A stretch of DNA of 64,000 nt from Octopus sinensis (GCF_006345805.1 NC_043006.1:54002001-54066000); one strand, 5' to 3'. Shown: positions 11,542 to 24,232, numbered from the stretch's first letter. Program-made: numbers and translations. The notes: a model not told the origin generated them from the sequence alone.

Positions 11542-12048
11542 AATATTCATAGAGAAGATATCAGTCACATAAATAAGCAAAAATATTTTAACGATGACGC
11601 ATCATGTCAAGGGCATATTCGAATCCTAAATACGTATTTTCATATCAGAAATTAATAGTAATCCAACTCCAAGTTGCTGCTATAACCGGTCGAGCACTGA
11701 TCCGTACTAAGGCATTTCGCTCTTGGTACATTAAAAGAGCACGAAACCTTCATTTATGACATAACAGGATGTTAATATCATTCAACAGCTTAATGATCAC
11801 TGTATGTTTCGGTATACTGATTGCATGACAAAATTTCGTGTGTGTGTGTGAATTTGCAGGGATACCAGGCGGATACCGTGCTTGCACTCAGTTCAGTTCC
11901 AGACACCGGCTAACACAACGGTCTGTATTCTATGCCCTTGCCTATGATAAGTTGTTAGACATGAATAAATTTCCTTGTTGCGCAATTCCGTGTGTCATAT
12001 TCAGAACTGCAAATATTCCGCAGCATGTAAAATAATAATAATAATTAA

Positions 12049-12480
12049 TTCTTTTATTGCCACAAGGGCTGACAAAAATCAATTATTACATAAAGGGACA
12101 AAACAGGACGAAAGGTTACAAAGGGTTTAGTCCGTTTGTGAAAAAAAAAAACGAGTAAAAAGCAGTTTAACAACGAAAATATAACAACGAAAAACTCCCA
12201 ATAGGGGGAGGCGTTACGAAAGGTTCCTGGTGGAAAAAATCCATAAAAGCCAACGGGAGCCTGATCAAAAGCGGGGTAGAGAGCCCCTTTCTCTTTTTAT
12301 ATTACCTTTTTAAATCACAGGTGTAACCTCAGAATGGCTCCTTTCATACTAGCTATTCTTGCGACATTTATCTACCTTTCAGCAAACTTGCTATCGGACA
12401 GCACTTCCCTCTCTACTCTCATCTTCCTTTTCAAGTGAAACTTGAAAAAGTTGATGAGGCCTGGGCCAAAGAGGAAAGTG
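12049..12480 (-). mobile_element. L1-Tx1-like LINE, 3' fragment
   Basis: The minus strand reads GLINFFKFHLKRKMRVEREVLSDSKFAER*INVARIASMKGAILRLHL*, parallel to the 55.5-kb fragment. The 3' end AATAAAAGAA runs into (ATT)n. Confidence 0.6.
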
Positions 12481-12889
12481 TCTGATAAGGGAAATGGAGA
12501 TTTGCACATCGATAATTTATTTTACAGTTATTTACAGCATAGTAGTACCATGACTTCCACTGCAGCGACCGTACACTGTTTGCGATGCAAATTTACAATA
12601 TTGTCGGTGTAGTTTCATCAGGGTCTGTACCTTAGGTCCAGTTTAATTCGGAGCGGACCTCTGTGATCTTGAAAAGAAAAAAAAAATAACAGACATCTTT
12701 TCGGCTTTCTTACTTCTGACTCGGCTGAACATGTGACAGCCAGAGCGAGAAAGAACTACACTAGCATCTTAGCAAGAGTTCCATTTTATCTGGGTATGAG
12801 TTCGTCGTTCAAAGGACACAACACGCTAGCTTATGCAAGGATTGAACGAACGATCTTTATGTTCCGCGCCTTCAAGATCTCTCGGTCAA

Positions 12890-13055
12890 CTACAAACACA
12901 CACACACACACATGCTCATTGACTAACCCTACTTCTCCCTTGTCACTGACACATACATACATACATACATACATACATACATACATACATACATACATAC
13001 ACACACACACATACATACATACATACATACATACATACATACATACATACATACA

Positions 13056-13085
<30 letters not shown>
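12890..13085. repeat. (CA)n and (CATA)n microsatellites
   Basis: Directly visible. Confidence 0.9.
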
Positions 13086-13086
<1 letters not shown>

Positions 13087-13424
13087 GTAGAGCTACGTAC
13101 GCATGCACTCACATATATAATACAATGAAGGCGGTGCTCCTGCTTAAGGTTTAACGATGATGGCTGAAAATTTTTTTAAAAACTATAGAACATACATCCA
13201 TTCATACATACCTTCATTTACATATACTATACAAGGGTCTATAGCGCTCCCCTTTGACAAGTACATATACAGTGAACTGCATGTATATTCACAAAAATAC
13301 GAATGCACACATATCTACATACACACACAAACCGTTATTTCAAAACAACTTCTTGCGTAGAGAGCATCTTTGATTTTTATTGGTATCACATTGACAAAGC
13401 ATAACTGTGAAAGGAAAAACGATC

Positions 13425-13810
13425 CTCGCTGTCTGTCTGTCTGTCTCCCCCCGCCTCTCTCTCTCTTTTTTCATCTCCCTCACTCTCTCACTTTTTCTTT
13501 TTCTTTTTTCCGTTCTTTCTCTCAGTTTCTCTCCCTCGATTTTTCTTTTTTTTTTTCTCTTTCTCTCTCATCTCTCACTCACCTCTCTGTCTCTTTTATT
13601 CCATATGCTTCCTCTCTATCTCCCTCAGATACACTCTCTCTATCACTCCCTATCTCTCTCTCAACTATCTCCCTCTATTTCGCTCTCTATTTGTCTCCCT
13701 TTCTCTTCGTCTTTGTCTGTGACTCCCCCTCTCTTTCTTTCTTTCTTTCTTTCTTGCTTCGTCCCTTCATCCCTCATTCTGTGCGCACCTCCCTTTCTTT
13801 CTCTCTTTGG
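13425..13810. repeat. CT-rich low-complexity polypyrimidine tract
   Basis: Directly visible. Confidence 0.85.
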
Positions 13811-13814
13811 CCAG

Positions 13815-13864
13815 CCCGCGCTTCCATTAAGGTGCTATGGGCTGTCGTAACGGATGGTAGTGAG
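13815..13864 (+). CDS. Candidate 50-nt exon (A)RASIKVLWAVVTDGSE
   Basis: Long pyrimidine tract then CCAG|, donor GAG|GTATGT, one open frame. Confidence 0.2.
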
Positions 13865-14049
13865 GTATGTAGTAACGTAGCGGGTGGCTGGCTGTTGCCG
13901 TATGGATGAGGTGGACGGGTGATGTTGATGATGGTGGTGGTGGTGGTCTGTAGAAACATCCGGGTAGAGCAGCTGGTTTCTTTGAGACAGCTTGTGGGAG
14001 GTTCTTCCTGGTCAAACGTGTATGTCTGTCTGTATTTCTGTATGCGTGT

Positions 14050-14190
14050 GTGTATACATACATACTTATATATATATGTGTGTGTGTGTGTGTGTAAGTA
14101 TCTGTGTATGAATGAAAGTTTGTGCGTGTGTGCATGAGTGTGTGTGTGTATATATATATTATATATATATATATATATACATATATATAT

Positions 14191-14233
<43 letters not shown>

Positions 14234-14492
14234 CGGGGAGAGAAAGATATTATACATATACACACATACATACAAACGCATACACTTATATATGTATACA
14301 CATATATAGATATATACATGCATGCATATACATACATTTATACTCACATACATACGCATATACATACATGCACATACATACATACATACATACATACATA
14401 CATACATACATACATACATACAAGCATACATACATACATACATACATACATACATACATACATACATACATACATACATACATACATACATA
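14050..14492. repeat. Compound (TG)/(TA)/(GA)/(CATA) microsatellites
   Basis: Directly visible. Confidence 0.9.
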
Positions 14493-14574
14493 ACCCTAAA
14501 TCTTTGATCCGTATTTATAGACCACTTTGGTAAAGGTTTACATGAAAATATATCTTGATACATTCTAAGAAAAA

Positions 14575-14762
14575 TGGCAGAATCGTTAGCGCTCCGGACA
14601 AAATGTTTAGCGTCTTTACGTTCTGAGTTCAAATTCCGCGGAGGTCAACATTGCCTTTCATTCTTTCGAAATTGATAAAATAAAGTACCAGTCAAATATT
14701 AAGGTCAATGTCATTGGTTTGACCTCCCTATAATTGCTGGCCCTGTGACAAAATTTGAAACC
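14575..14762 (+). mobile_element. SINE family B copy
   Basis: B body followed by a (TTA)n tail. Confidence 0.85.
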
Positions 14763-14789
14763 ATTATTATTATTATTATTATTATTATT

Positions 14790-15310
14790 GAGTGAGAGAG
14801 CAGTTCATGCCATCAAAGTGACACTGGGGTAAAATATACGAAGCCCAATATACCCATCATGACTGCCCGTCTGATAAGGGTTCACCAGGCACATGCATCA
14901 CAACCATATGTGCACGACATGGTGATCTCATATCAAGATAAACAGCACATGACCTTGCAGGTGGGGCCCAGTTAGAAATTTCTTCAGGTTGAGTAGCCCA
15001 TCTCGCTCAAAAGGTCCCTGAATAAGGGTTGTTTAAGGATGTTGAAAGAACCACCCATGTTTCCAGAGGTGAATTATTCAAACCCCAAAGAATCCCTCTC
15101 AACACATGGCTATGATGCTCCCCCACTACTTCTGCTCGTGATCAGAGATGCACATATCGTCAGCCACTAAGGGACATGCTCAACTGGTTACGGTCAAACA
15201 ACTGACAAGCAAATCTGTGGTATTGAGCAGAATATTTGCTGTAGCCCATCTTTTATACCAAGACAAAACAATGTACATGATAACACTTCCAATCAGTTAA
15301 GATCAGAAGC

Positions 15311-15311
<1 letters not shown>
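14790..15311 (-). mobile_element. Non-coding retroelement fragment inserted in (TTA)n, probably an R4/Dong-like 3' UTR
   Basis: A 520-bp complex sequence flanked on both sides by (TTA)n, the same context as 523-908. No ORF, so clade and strand are inferred. Confidence 0.45.
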
Positions 15312-15365
<54 letters not shown>

Positions 15366-15850
15366 GCTGTTGTATGTGTATGTGAGTGCGCGTGTACGAA
15401 GGTGATGACCTCTTTCTCCTTCGACGTCGACGTATGAACGTCCAGTTGCTCGATAATGTGAATTTGTATGCAAAGTGCCAGGGTATTTCACAAATACATC
15501 CACCTTAACGTAATTCTCAACTAGAACTAGTGCAACGTTGTGTTATAAGGCTGGACCTTAAAGTTACAGTTACAATGGATCTGAAGGACTTCCACACAGT
15601 TTCCGTAATTTCATTCATATGACAACATGTCGTTCGGGAGCCATAGTAAAAATATTAATTAAAACTATGCTGTAGGATCGAAATGGGTACCACCTGGTCG
15701 CGAAATGAACTGCCTGGTAGTGCTCAGAGGAATTTGCCCAGTTGTGTTTAGGGAACTTTCGGGAGTCATTTTCCGCCTTGATTTGTTACGAGATGACATG
15801 GAATAGAGCAGGGCCAGTTGAGTTTTAAAAAATAATAATTCATTCGATTT

Positions 15851-16030
15851 TACTCTTTACTCTTTTACTTGTTTCAGTCATTTGACTGCGGTCATGCTGG
15901 AGCACCGCATTTAGTCGAGCAAATCGCCCCCAGGACTTATTCGTTGTAAGCCTAGTACTTATTCTATCGGTCACTTTTGCTGAACCGCTAAGTTACGGGG
16001 ACGTAAACACAGACACACGCACACACACAC

Positions 16031-16120
<90 letters not shown>

Positions 16121-16297
16121 CATATACACATATACGACGGGCTTCTTTCAGTTTCCGTCTACTAAATCCACTCACAAAGCTTTGGTCGGCCCGAGGCCAT
16201 AGCAGAAGACACTTGACCAAAGTGCCACGCAGTGGGACTGAACCGGGAACCATGTGGTTGGTAAGCAAACTACTTACCACACAGCCACTCCTGCGCC
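15851..16297 (-). mobile_element. SINE family A (OK-like), full length
   Basis: The reverse complement reads GGCGCAGGAGTGGCTGTGTGGTAAGTAG head, CORE-like GGCACTTTGGTCAAGTGTC, internal (TA)/(TG) tract and an AAGAGTAAA tail. Confidence 0.9.
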
Positions 16298-16300
16298 TAT

Positions 16301-16462
16301 ATAGGCACAAAGCCTGAAATTTGGTGACGGGAGTAGTCGATTACATAGACCCCCAATACTTGAGTGGTACTTATTCGACCGACCCTGAAAGGATGAAAGG
16401 CAAAGTCGACCTCGGTGGCATTTGACCTTTGAAAGTAAAGACGGACGAAGTGCCACTAAGTA
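16301..16462 (-). mobile_element. SINE family B copy
   Basis: GAAAGGATGAAAGGCAAAGTCGACCTCGG. Confidence 0.8.
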
Positions 16463-16639
16463 CTTTGTGGGGTCGAATAGATAAGTACCAGTGAAATACT
16501 GTGTAATTGACTTATCCCCTCACATAAGACTGTTGACCTTGAACCAAAATTTGAAACCATTTATTTATATTTTTTATAATTGCTGTCCAACTTGCCTAAG
16601 GTTCTCATGATATTTTGTTTAGTGGAATAGAGTAAAGGC

Positions 16640-17700
16640 AGAGAATAGAAGGATGATAGCATCTGGATCTCTGGAGTGTAAAGTTCTGAGGACCTAAAAA
16701 CTTATCTTTCCAGTCCTAACAAGTTTAGTGTTGATATGGGTACGCCATCTGAAGTCGCTGTCGGTTACTCCTGAGTTTCTTATATTTATCTTGAGGAAAA
16801 AGAATATGGCTGTTTAAGTATGGTCTGTTTCTAAACTGGATGAGTTCTTTTTCTCCCCATATTGCTTTGTTTTTGTTATATTTTGTGGGAAGGAGGTCCA
16901 TCCATTGAGATATAGCATGTAGGTCTGATTGAAGTTTCAACCTATCATCAGCTCAGTTGATAATTTTCCGAAGAGAAGAGTCGCTTCAGAGTGTTATCGA
17001 CAGACCTGTCTCTGATTACACTCATGATGCCATATACGTGAATTACAACGAGAAGTAAGCTCACCACTAGTGACTTTGAACGACTTGAGTGGATTCCATC
17101 CATCACAACGTGTTGGGTTTTGCTTACAATGAAACACTTAATATAGAGCAATGGTTTTCCAGGGAGTTGTAAGTTTAACAATAAAATGCTGTAATCGACA
17201 CGGTTGAAGGCCTGACTGAAGTCGAAGTATTTAACAATTGTGTTTGAGTTCTTTCCTAAAACTTTTAAAATGTCGTCAAAGTATCATAGGAGTTCTATTA
17301 AGCAGCCCGTGCCTCATCAAAAACCAGGCTGTTTTGAAATTTAGAAGATTGTTGCTCTACAGAAAGTCAGTCACTCTCAATCTCACAACCCTCTCAAGAG
17401 TTTTAATGACACGAAACGTGAGATTGGGCGGCAGTTTATTGCAAGCTACTTAAGTTCCCTTCAAAACTAGGATGAAGATGGCTGTGGTTCAGCAATCCAA
17501 ACCTTTATGTGCGTGAGATCTATTTTTAAAATGTTGACTGATGTGTTGACGTCTTATGCTTTTAGTAGGAATGTTGAAGCGAAGGTGGATATTCATGCAG
17601 TTTCAAGGGCCTTGAATTATACTTGTTGGTAGATTTGAAAGCTTAGGTCGGCTTTCATATATTCTTAGTAAATAATAAAATAAAGGCCATCCCTGAGTAA
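16640..17700 (-). pseudogene. Degraded CR1-clade LINE reverse transcriptase fragment
   Basis: Minus-strand remnants NCRPIS (NYRPIS), YFDFSQAFNRVDYSILL (YLDFSKAFD), KTQHVVMDG and LQSDLHAISQW, with many stops and frameshifts. Confidence 0.8.
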
Positions 17701-17932
17701 AACAATAAAAAGCTATCTATTTGGCTGCTCTTTCGTAGAAGTACTTTGTTCTATCGATCTGTCTGTCTGTCTATCAACACACACACACACAACACACACA
17801 CACACACACACACATTCTCTCTCTCTCTCTCTCATATATATATATGTGTATGTGTCATATATGATGTATACATGTATCATATATATTTATGTGCGTGTGT
17901 GTGTATACAAAAATATATGTATAGGCATGTAT

Positions 17933-17963
<31 letters not shown>

Positions 17964-17984
17964 TATGCATACATACATTCATAA

Positions 17985-18197
17985 TAGTTTAAATTTTTGG
18001 CATGGGGTCAGCAATTTCAAGGGAGGCTGCTAGTCGATTACATTAACCCCGGAGGTTCAATTGATATTTATTTTCTCGACCCCGAAAGGATGAAAGGCAG
18101 AATCGACATCGGTAGAATTCAAACATGGAACGTAAAACCGGATGAAACGCCGCTAAGCATTTTGTCCGGAGTGCTAACGATTCTGCCAGCTCGCTGC
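17985..18197 (-). mobile_element. SINE family B copy
   Basis: CCCGAAAGGATGAAAGGCAG...CGATTCTGCCAGCTCGC. Confidence 0.85.
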
Positions 18198-18341
18198 TTT
18201 ACATACATACATAATATAAAATACTGTAATACAAAAAATATTTCTGGAAATACATCGAAATGTACTTTCGTGTAACGGTTCAAAAAAGTTTGTGATATAC
18301 GAATGTTGTGCGAGTGTATACATATGTGCTTCTGTGTGATG

Positions 18342-18396
<55 letters not shown>

Positions 18397-18529
18397 GTGT
18401 TTGAGTGATGTATGTAGGTGTATTTAGGTGTGAGTGTGTATGTATGTAAGTGTATGTGTGCGCATGTGCATGTGTACCCAGATCACGCAAGATGGTTTAT
18501 TCCGTTGGTCTGATTCATTCATTATGTAG

Positions 18530-18651
18530 GGTTTCACCGGTTAACGATCACTGTTCCCCACCCCTCGTTCCTCATCCTTCACCGCCACCCGAAAACCCAA
18601 TCTCCGCCCCCACCTCCACCCCACCCTCACACACAGTTCACACTTTACCAG
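18530..18651 (+). CDS. Candidate Pro-rich exon VSPVNDHCSPPLVPHPSPPPENPISAPTSTPPSHTVHTLP
   Basis: Acceptor TTATGTAG|G and donor CCAG|GTACGA. 122 nt with two open frames. Confidence 0.2.
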
Positions 18652-18674
18652 GTACGATACCTAAGTATTTCTGA

Positions 18675-19060
18675 CAACAACAGCAACAATATCACAACCA
18701 CCACCACCACCACCAGTCTCGAGAACAGCCCTCTGTTCTGTCATTGTCCCCACCCCTCATACCAACACCCACAACACATCACGCACCCGCACTTGGCCCT
18801 CCTCTTTCGGTCTTTTTTTTATTCAATCATCTTCACGTCACCAATACCATCAACACCACGCTCACACCACCATCAGCTGCACTACCACCACCACCACCAC
18901 CACCACCACAACTACCAACAACAACAACAACTACTACAAACACCACTCTCACCAATAAAAACCACCGCCACCACCACCAGCATCATCATCACTATCAAGA
19001 AGATAGTCACCATCACTATCGTCATCACACGACTACTTACACCACCAACGCAATGATGTG
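18675..19060. repeat. Degenerate (CAC/CAA/CAT)n low-complexity tract
   Basis: Directly visible. Confidence 0.75.
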
Positions 19061-19119
19061 AAAACTACAGCAGCTGCTCCCATCCAGAGAAAATATATAT
19101 GTAATGTCATTGACATAAA

Positions 19120-19121
19120 GA

Positions 19122-19201
<80 letters not shown>

Positions 19202-19282
19202 CGATACCCCTTACATTGGTCACCTGCTTTTGTATGTATCTATGTACGCATGTATGTATATCTGTATGAATGAATGGATGAA

Positions 19283-19315
<33 letters not shown>

Positions 19316-19520
19316 ATATATATATCTATATATATATATATATATATATATACTATGTAGATAGATAGAGAAGATGTATATGTATATATATATAAATCTA
19401 TACAAATGTATATATATATATATATATATATATAAATGTCTATGTGTTTATATGTATGCGTGTGTGTACGTATATGTATGTATATATATATATATGAATG
19501 TGTGTGCGTGTATACATGTA
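19120..19520. repeat. (TA)n and (TG)n microsatellites
   Basis: Directly visible. Confidence 0.9.
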
Positions 19521-19929
19521 TGTATAATAAAAAGCAAATACAAACAGGGAAAAAAAAGAAACAAACATACCTAAAGTACAGGGGACGTTTACAGTTAATA
19601 CTATTAGGTTGATGTTCAAGGAAGGAATAATAGTTGTAGAGTAAAAGTAGTAACGTTTCGGATACAGTACTTCGTCAGATACGAGAAGAAAGTCGAGGAG
19701 AAACATAGAAGAGAATGAAGAGAAGAAAGGAACAGGATACAACGTGTATATGTTAGGGTTCAAATGTTCGATCTACACGAAGCCGCCGATTTATTCAATC
19801 GCTTCTCAGAATTTCTTACTTAATGCAGTGTTTCGGACTACAATAGAGATGAATATAGTAGGACAAAATTCTATCGGAGATCTTCAAAGAACCACTTTCT
19901 GCCAGGCCCACTTTCTCAACAACTAATGA

Positions 19930-20560
19930 CAATCTTGCAATTCATATACCTAGGCACTACAATTTCCAATGGCTGCACATAGGACAAGGATATATAAAAA
20001 GCCTCATGCAACCCCCATTATTTTTTTTGAAGGCTCAGAAAGATAATCTTTCTAAATTATATCCCAGTCTCCAAACTAAGATCATCGACTAGCAGACAGT
20101 CTGCGTTCCTATTCTACTACATACGAACAAGTTATAAACCATATACAGTCGAAAATTAAAACCACGGGACCTTTCCTATTTAGTTTTTCAAGAAGATTCT
20201 ATTTCAAGAAGATCCTTTCGCTCACCAGGCGAGATTGGATTACACATATGTTCCCTGTCAAGCCAGTATCAACAGTATCTAACCCACACTAAAGCATACA
20301 TTGAGTGACCTGGCTCGATCATATAGTATACCTATCTGACCTGCATTTACAGAGCCCTCTACATCCAACCACTTCGCGACCAATATCTTGCTGGAGGACA
20401 ACGAAGATAACAGTTAATTGGAAATTACCTTGGAGAGAAGAAACCTCGACTTATCAAAGGTGGACGACATCGGTGCTCACTTTGGTGGTCTCACTATTAT
20501 GGAGCGTGGTTGAAAATAAAATGAAGCTTACTCAGTACCACCCGGAGAAGTTAGAAAAGA
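19930..20560 (+). pseudogene. Degraded RTE-clade LINE fragment (RT C-terminal/thumb region)
   Basis: Remnants QFIYLGTTISNGCT*DKDI, FKKILSLTRRDWITH and TWLDHIVYLSD parallel the RTE motifs F.YLG...S, LR.ILGI.W.D.ITN and RW.GHV.RM. Confidence 0.6.
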
Positions 20561-20613
20561 AACACACACATAAAATTACACCTGGCACCTCCAAATGTTT
20601 GCAAACGGAACTA

Positions 20614-21904
20614 CCAGGTTGAGTAAAATGTAAGCAACGTTTTGAACCATGAAGAATTTGAACCGGATTTTTGCAGGGTTTAAAATTTTTTGAAACATTT
20701 TTTTTTTTTGTAATTGTCTGCAAATACAGACAAAGATGTGCTTAAATGCATCAATAAATTAACATTGATATTTTATTCACCGTTGTGACAATCATCTGAA
20801 ATGAAACCGTCAAAGCGCAATATTTGTGCAATTTTGCTTTTCAACTTCAAAAAAGGATGGAAAGCATTTGAAACTGATCGTGATATCAATGAAACGTTTG
20901 GTGAGGGAATGACCAGGGAGTGGTCAGCTCGAAAAAGGTTTAAACGATTTCGCAGTGGAGACCTGAGCCTTAATGTCCGTTCGTGTAGTGGACGTCCATC
21001 TGTCATTGATGACGGCCACTTAAAGACCGTCATTGAGAAACATCCACGTAAAACCACCCGAAAACTGGCAAAAGAGCTTCAAGTTAGTGAGAATACTGCC
21101 TGCAATCATTTGCATGCGGTCGGAATATCAAAAAAGCTCGACAAATGGATACCACACGATTTGAATGAAAATCAGAAAATGTGCAGATATGAAATTTGAT
21201 CATCGCTTCTTTTCCGTAACCAGACCGATTCATTTCTCGACCGTATTATAACTTGCGATGAAAAGTGGATTCTGTATAATAATAAAAGACGTTCTTCGCA
21301 GTAGTTGGACTAAAATAAAGCACCGAAAACCTTCCCTAAACCCGAGCTCTTCAAAAAGAAGGTTATGGTGACTGTTTGGTGGTGTACTGCTGAACTCATC
21401 TACTATGACTTCTTAAAACCCGGAAAAACCATTACTGCAGAAAGATATTGCCATGAAATTGCCAAAATGAACGAAAATCTGCTACTCCTCCCTCCCAGAC
21501 TGGTCAACAGAAAAGGGTCAACCATTCTTCATCAAAATGCTTTATCACACGTTTCACTAATGATTCTCCAGAAGTTGAGGAAACTTCGCTACGAAGTTCT
21601 CCCCCACCCAGCTTATTTCCCAGACCTTTCTCCTACCGACTACCACTTTTCCAAACACCTTGATGGTCTCCTGCGAGAGAAGGGGTTCAAAAATCAAACG
21701 GGTGCTGAAAGTGAGTTTAAATAGTTCATCAGCTCCAGAACTCCAAATTTTTGTGTTACCGGAAGAAACAAACTTCTAACACATTGGCAAAAATGTGTTG
21801 ATTGTAATGATACTTACTTTGATGATTGAAATTTCCACAATTGTTGAAATATATGGTGATGAATTTCATGTTCCAAAACGTTGCTTACTTTTTACTCAGC
21901 CTGA
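20614..21904 (+). mobile_element. Full-length (1291 bp) mariner element, DD34D, inactivated
   Basis: TIRs CCAGGTTGAGTAAAATGTAAGCAACGTTTTGAA / AAACGTTGCTTACTTTTTACTCAGCCTGA with TA on both sides. Confidence 0.95.
20801..21830 (+). pseudogene. Mariner transposase pseudogene
   Basis: HTH region MKPSKRNICAILLFNFKKG...SGRP, then TCDEKW, VTVWW, HQNA (degenerate HDNA) and HPAYFPDLSPTDYHF. In-frame stops at about 21199, 21302 and 21724. Confidence 0.93.
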
Positions 21905-22279
21905 TATATATATATCAAGGATTGGTATGTATAGTTATTAAAGGATCAGCAAATTAAGAAAATAATCATAATAGGATTTCTTAGCAATTCAAGAGTTAGT
22001 TAATTATTATTATTATTATTTATTTCAGGCTCCGGGCCTTGTGCCTAGAGTAGAAAAGATTATTTATTTCAGGCGTTTAGCGCCTATGTGCAATATTATT
22101 GTGTCCTATGTATGTGTGTGCGTAAGGTGTTTAAGTTCCGTGTTTATGTGTTAGGTAGTCCTTGTGTGTTTTGTGTACAGGGGTGTTGTATTTGTTTTCG
22201 TATTTACATTTGTATACATGCACGTAAATGTGCAAGGGGAAAGGCTTCGTGATGTTTTTTTTTTGTTCTTATCTATCTT

Positions 22280-22685
22280 TACCTTTTTCTTTTATCTTCT
22301 ACGGGTTTCAGTCATTAGACTGCGGTCATACTGGGGCACCACCTTGAAGAACTTTCATTCGAAAGAATTGATCCCAGTACTTGTTTTTTAAAGACTGGTA
22401 CTTATTCTATCGGTTTCTTATACCGAATCCCTATAAGTTACGGGAAACTAAACGAACACCAGTTGTCAAACGGTAATGGGGGACAAACACGCGCGCGGGC
22501 GCATCACACACACACCACACACACACACACATATACGACGGGCTTCTTTCAGTTTCCGTCTACTAAATCCACTCACAAGGCTTTGGTCGGCTCGAGGCTA
22601 TAGTAGAAGACACTTGCCCATGGTAATACGCAGTAGGAATGAATCCGGAACCATGTGGTTGGGAAGCAAGCTACTTACCACACAT
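22280..22685 (-). mobile_element. SINE family A, full length
   Basis: Tail, internal CA tract and GACGGGCTTCTTTCAGTTTCCGTC...CTACTTACCACAC head region. Confidence 0.88.
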
Positions 22686-22753
22686 GTATCTTGTGTGTGC
22701 GTCTGTGTGTGTGTGTGTGTGTTTGTGTGTATGTGTGTGTGTGTGTGTATGTA

Positions 22754-22824
<71 letters not shown>

Positions 22825-23374
22825 GTGCGTATGTATGCATGAGTACATGCCTGTGCATGTATATATATTTTTTTAATACTTGAGAATGGTCAGTTGTATT
22901 TCTTTCAATTTTCGTCACCAAAACAAGGTTGGGTCACTTATTTGGACAGAATTTTTTTATATGTATACAAAACATCAATTCAATTGATTTATTGCTAAGA
23001 ATAACTGAGAAATACGCAGGCAAATTTTGACCACTCCACAGAATAAGCTAAAGTGGCAATTTTTAACCTGTCAAAAGCAATTTAAGAATAGTGTTAAGAG
23101 ATTCGGTCATATAACAATTTGATTTATGAATGAATGTTAATCTTAAGGCATGATTTGACTGCGTATATTTAAATGTGTATTTCTGTCTCGTTGGGTATCT
23201 TCAATAGCGTGTACTTAGCATGATTAGACAAAGTCTGTCACCACCGATATATAGGATAACAGTGAACAAACAATCATCAATGTTGCAAATAACCAGGTGA
23301 GTAAAAAAACTTGCTATATGCAACATAAGCAATATCAGATTAAAATAGTATTATATTTAAAGTAAATAGTCGCA

Positions 23375-23530
23375 GGCGTGGCTGTGTGGAAAGAAGCTTA
23401 CACTCCAACCACATGGTTCCAGGTTCAGTTCCATTGCGTGGTACTTTGGGCAAGTGTCATCTACTATAGCCTGGGGGCCAACCAAAGCCTGTGAGTGGAT
23501 TTGTTGGATGGAAACTGAAAGAAGCATGTC
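23375..23530 (+). mobile_element. SINE family A, 5' half
   Basis: GCAGGCGTGGCTGTGTGG...TTTGGGCAAGTGTC...GGAAACTGAAAGAAGC. Confidence 0.85.
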
Positions 23531-23623
23531 GTGTGTGTGTGTGTGTGTGTATACATACAACACACACACACACACACACCACACCACCACACACCACACA
23601 CACACACACACACCCAAAACACA

Positions 23624-23669
<46 letters not shown>

Positions 23670-23730
23670 CGGCGATTTGTATGACGTAGCAAGTGACATG
23701 GTATGAGATCGTGGGCTGAAACAAAAACAT

Positions 23731-23989
23731 TTGCAGCGTGGAAAATGTTTGTAAACCATTGAAGAACACACAAAAACCGTTAGTTTCACTTCAGCATTTT
23801 TAATTCGTCGCTTTGAAACCGCAACTTGATCACTGACAAAATTTGGAAATGCAACATGAAGTTTTGTCTAACAGGTCGCGGTTTCAAAGCGACAAAAATA
23901 TTTTGACACAAATGCAGTTTAAATGTTGAAATGAAACTAACGGTTTTTGTGTGTTCTTGAATGGCTTATAAACATCTTCCATGCTGCAA
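23731..23989. mobile_element. MITE with TIRs of about 70 bp and an inner inverted repeat
   Basis: TTGCAGCGTGGAAAATGTTTGTAAACCATTGAAGAACACACAAAAACCGTTAGTTTCA versus the reverse complement of the right end. Inner GTCGCTTTGAAACCGC / GCGGTTTCAAAGCGAC. A related deleted copy lies at about 35333-35463. Confidence 0.85.
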
Positions 23990-24011
23990 TTGATATATAT
24001 ATATATATATT

Positions 24012-24232
24012 ATATATGCAATCTATGCCAGAAGGTTTGCAAATCTAAAGGAGGCCTCAAAAGACATTTTAAGATCCACAAAAATCCAAACCTATCTGCA
24101 GTTCTTGGTGATCTTAATCGGATATGCAATCTATGTGGGTGTCTTTTCAAAAGCCACATCCTATGCCATGATGGTTCCATGGTGTAGGTATAGGAGGTGG
24201 TCAAACTCTGCATGAGGAGTAGACAACCACTA
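24012..24232 (+). mobile_element. 5'-truncated RTE-like LINE 3' end encoding C2H2-like fingers
   Basis: ICNLCQKVCKSKGGLKRHFKIH...ICNLCGCLFKSHILCH*, then a short UTR ending GAGTAGACAACCAC. Flanked by (TA)n; no splice sites or TGEKP linker. Confidence 0.6.

Noticed and set aside
13370-13909. 179-aa hydrophobic ORF (and similar ones at 7467, 49277, 50443)
   Set aside because: These are CT-rich or GATA low-complexity translations.
23981-24187. Host C2H2 zinc-finger gene
   Set aside because: The ORF start lies in (TA)n, there are no splice sites or TGEKP linkers, and it has a retroelement-like tail.
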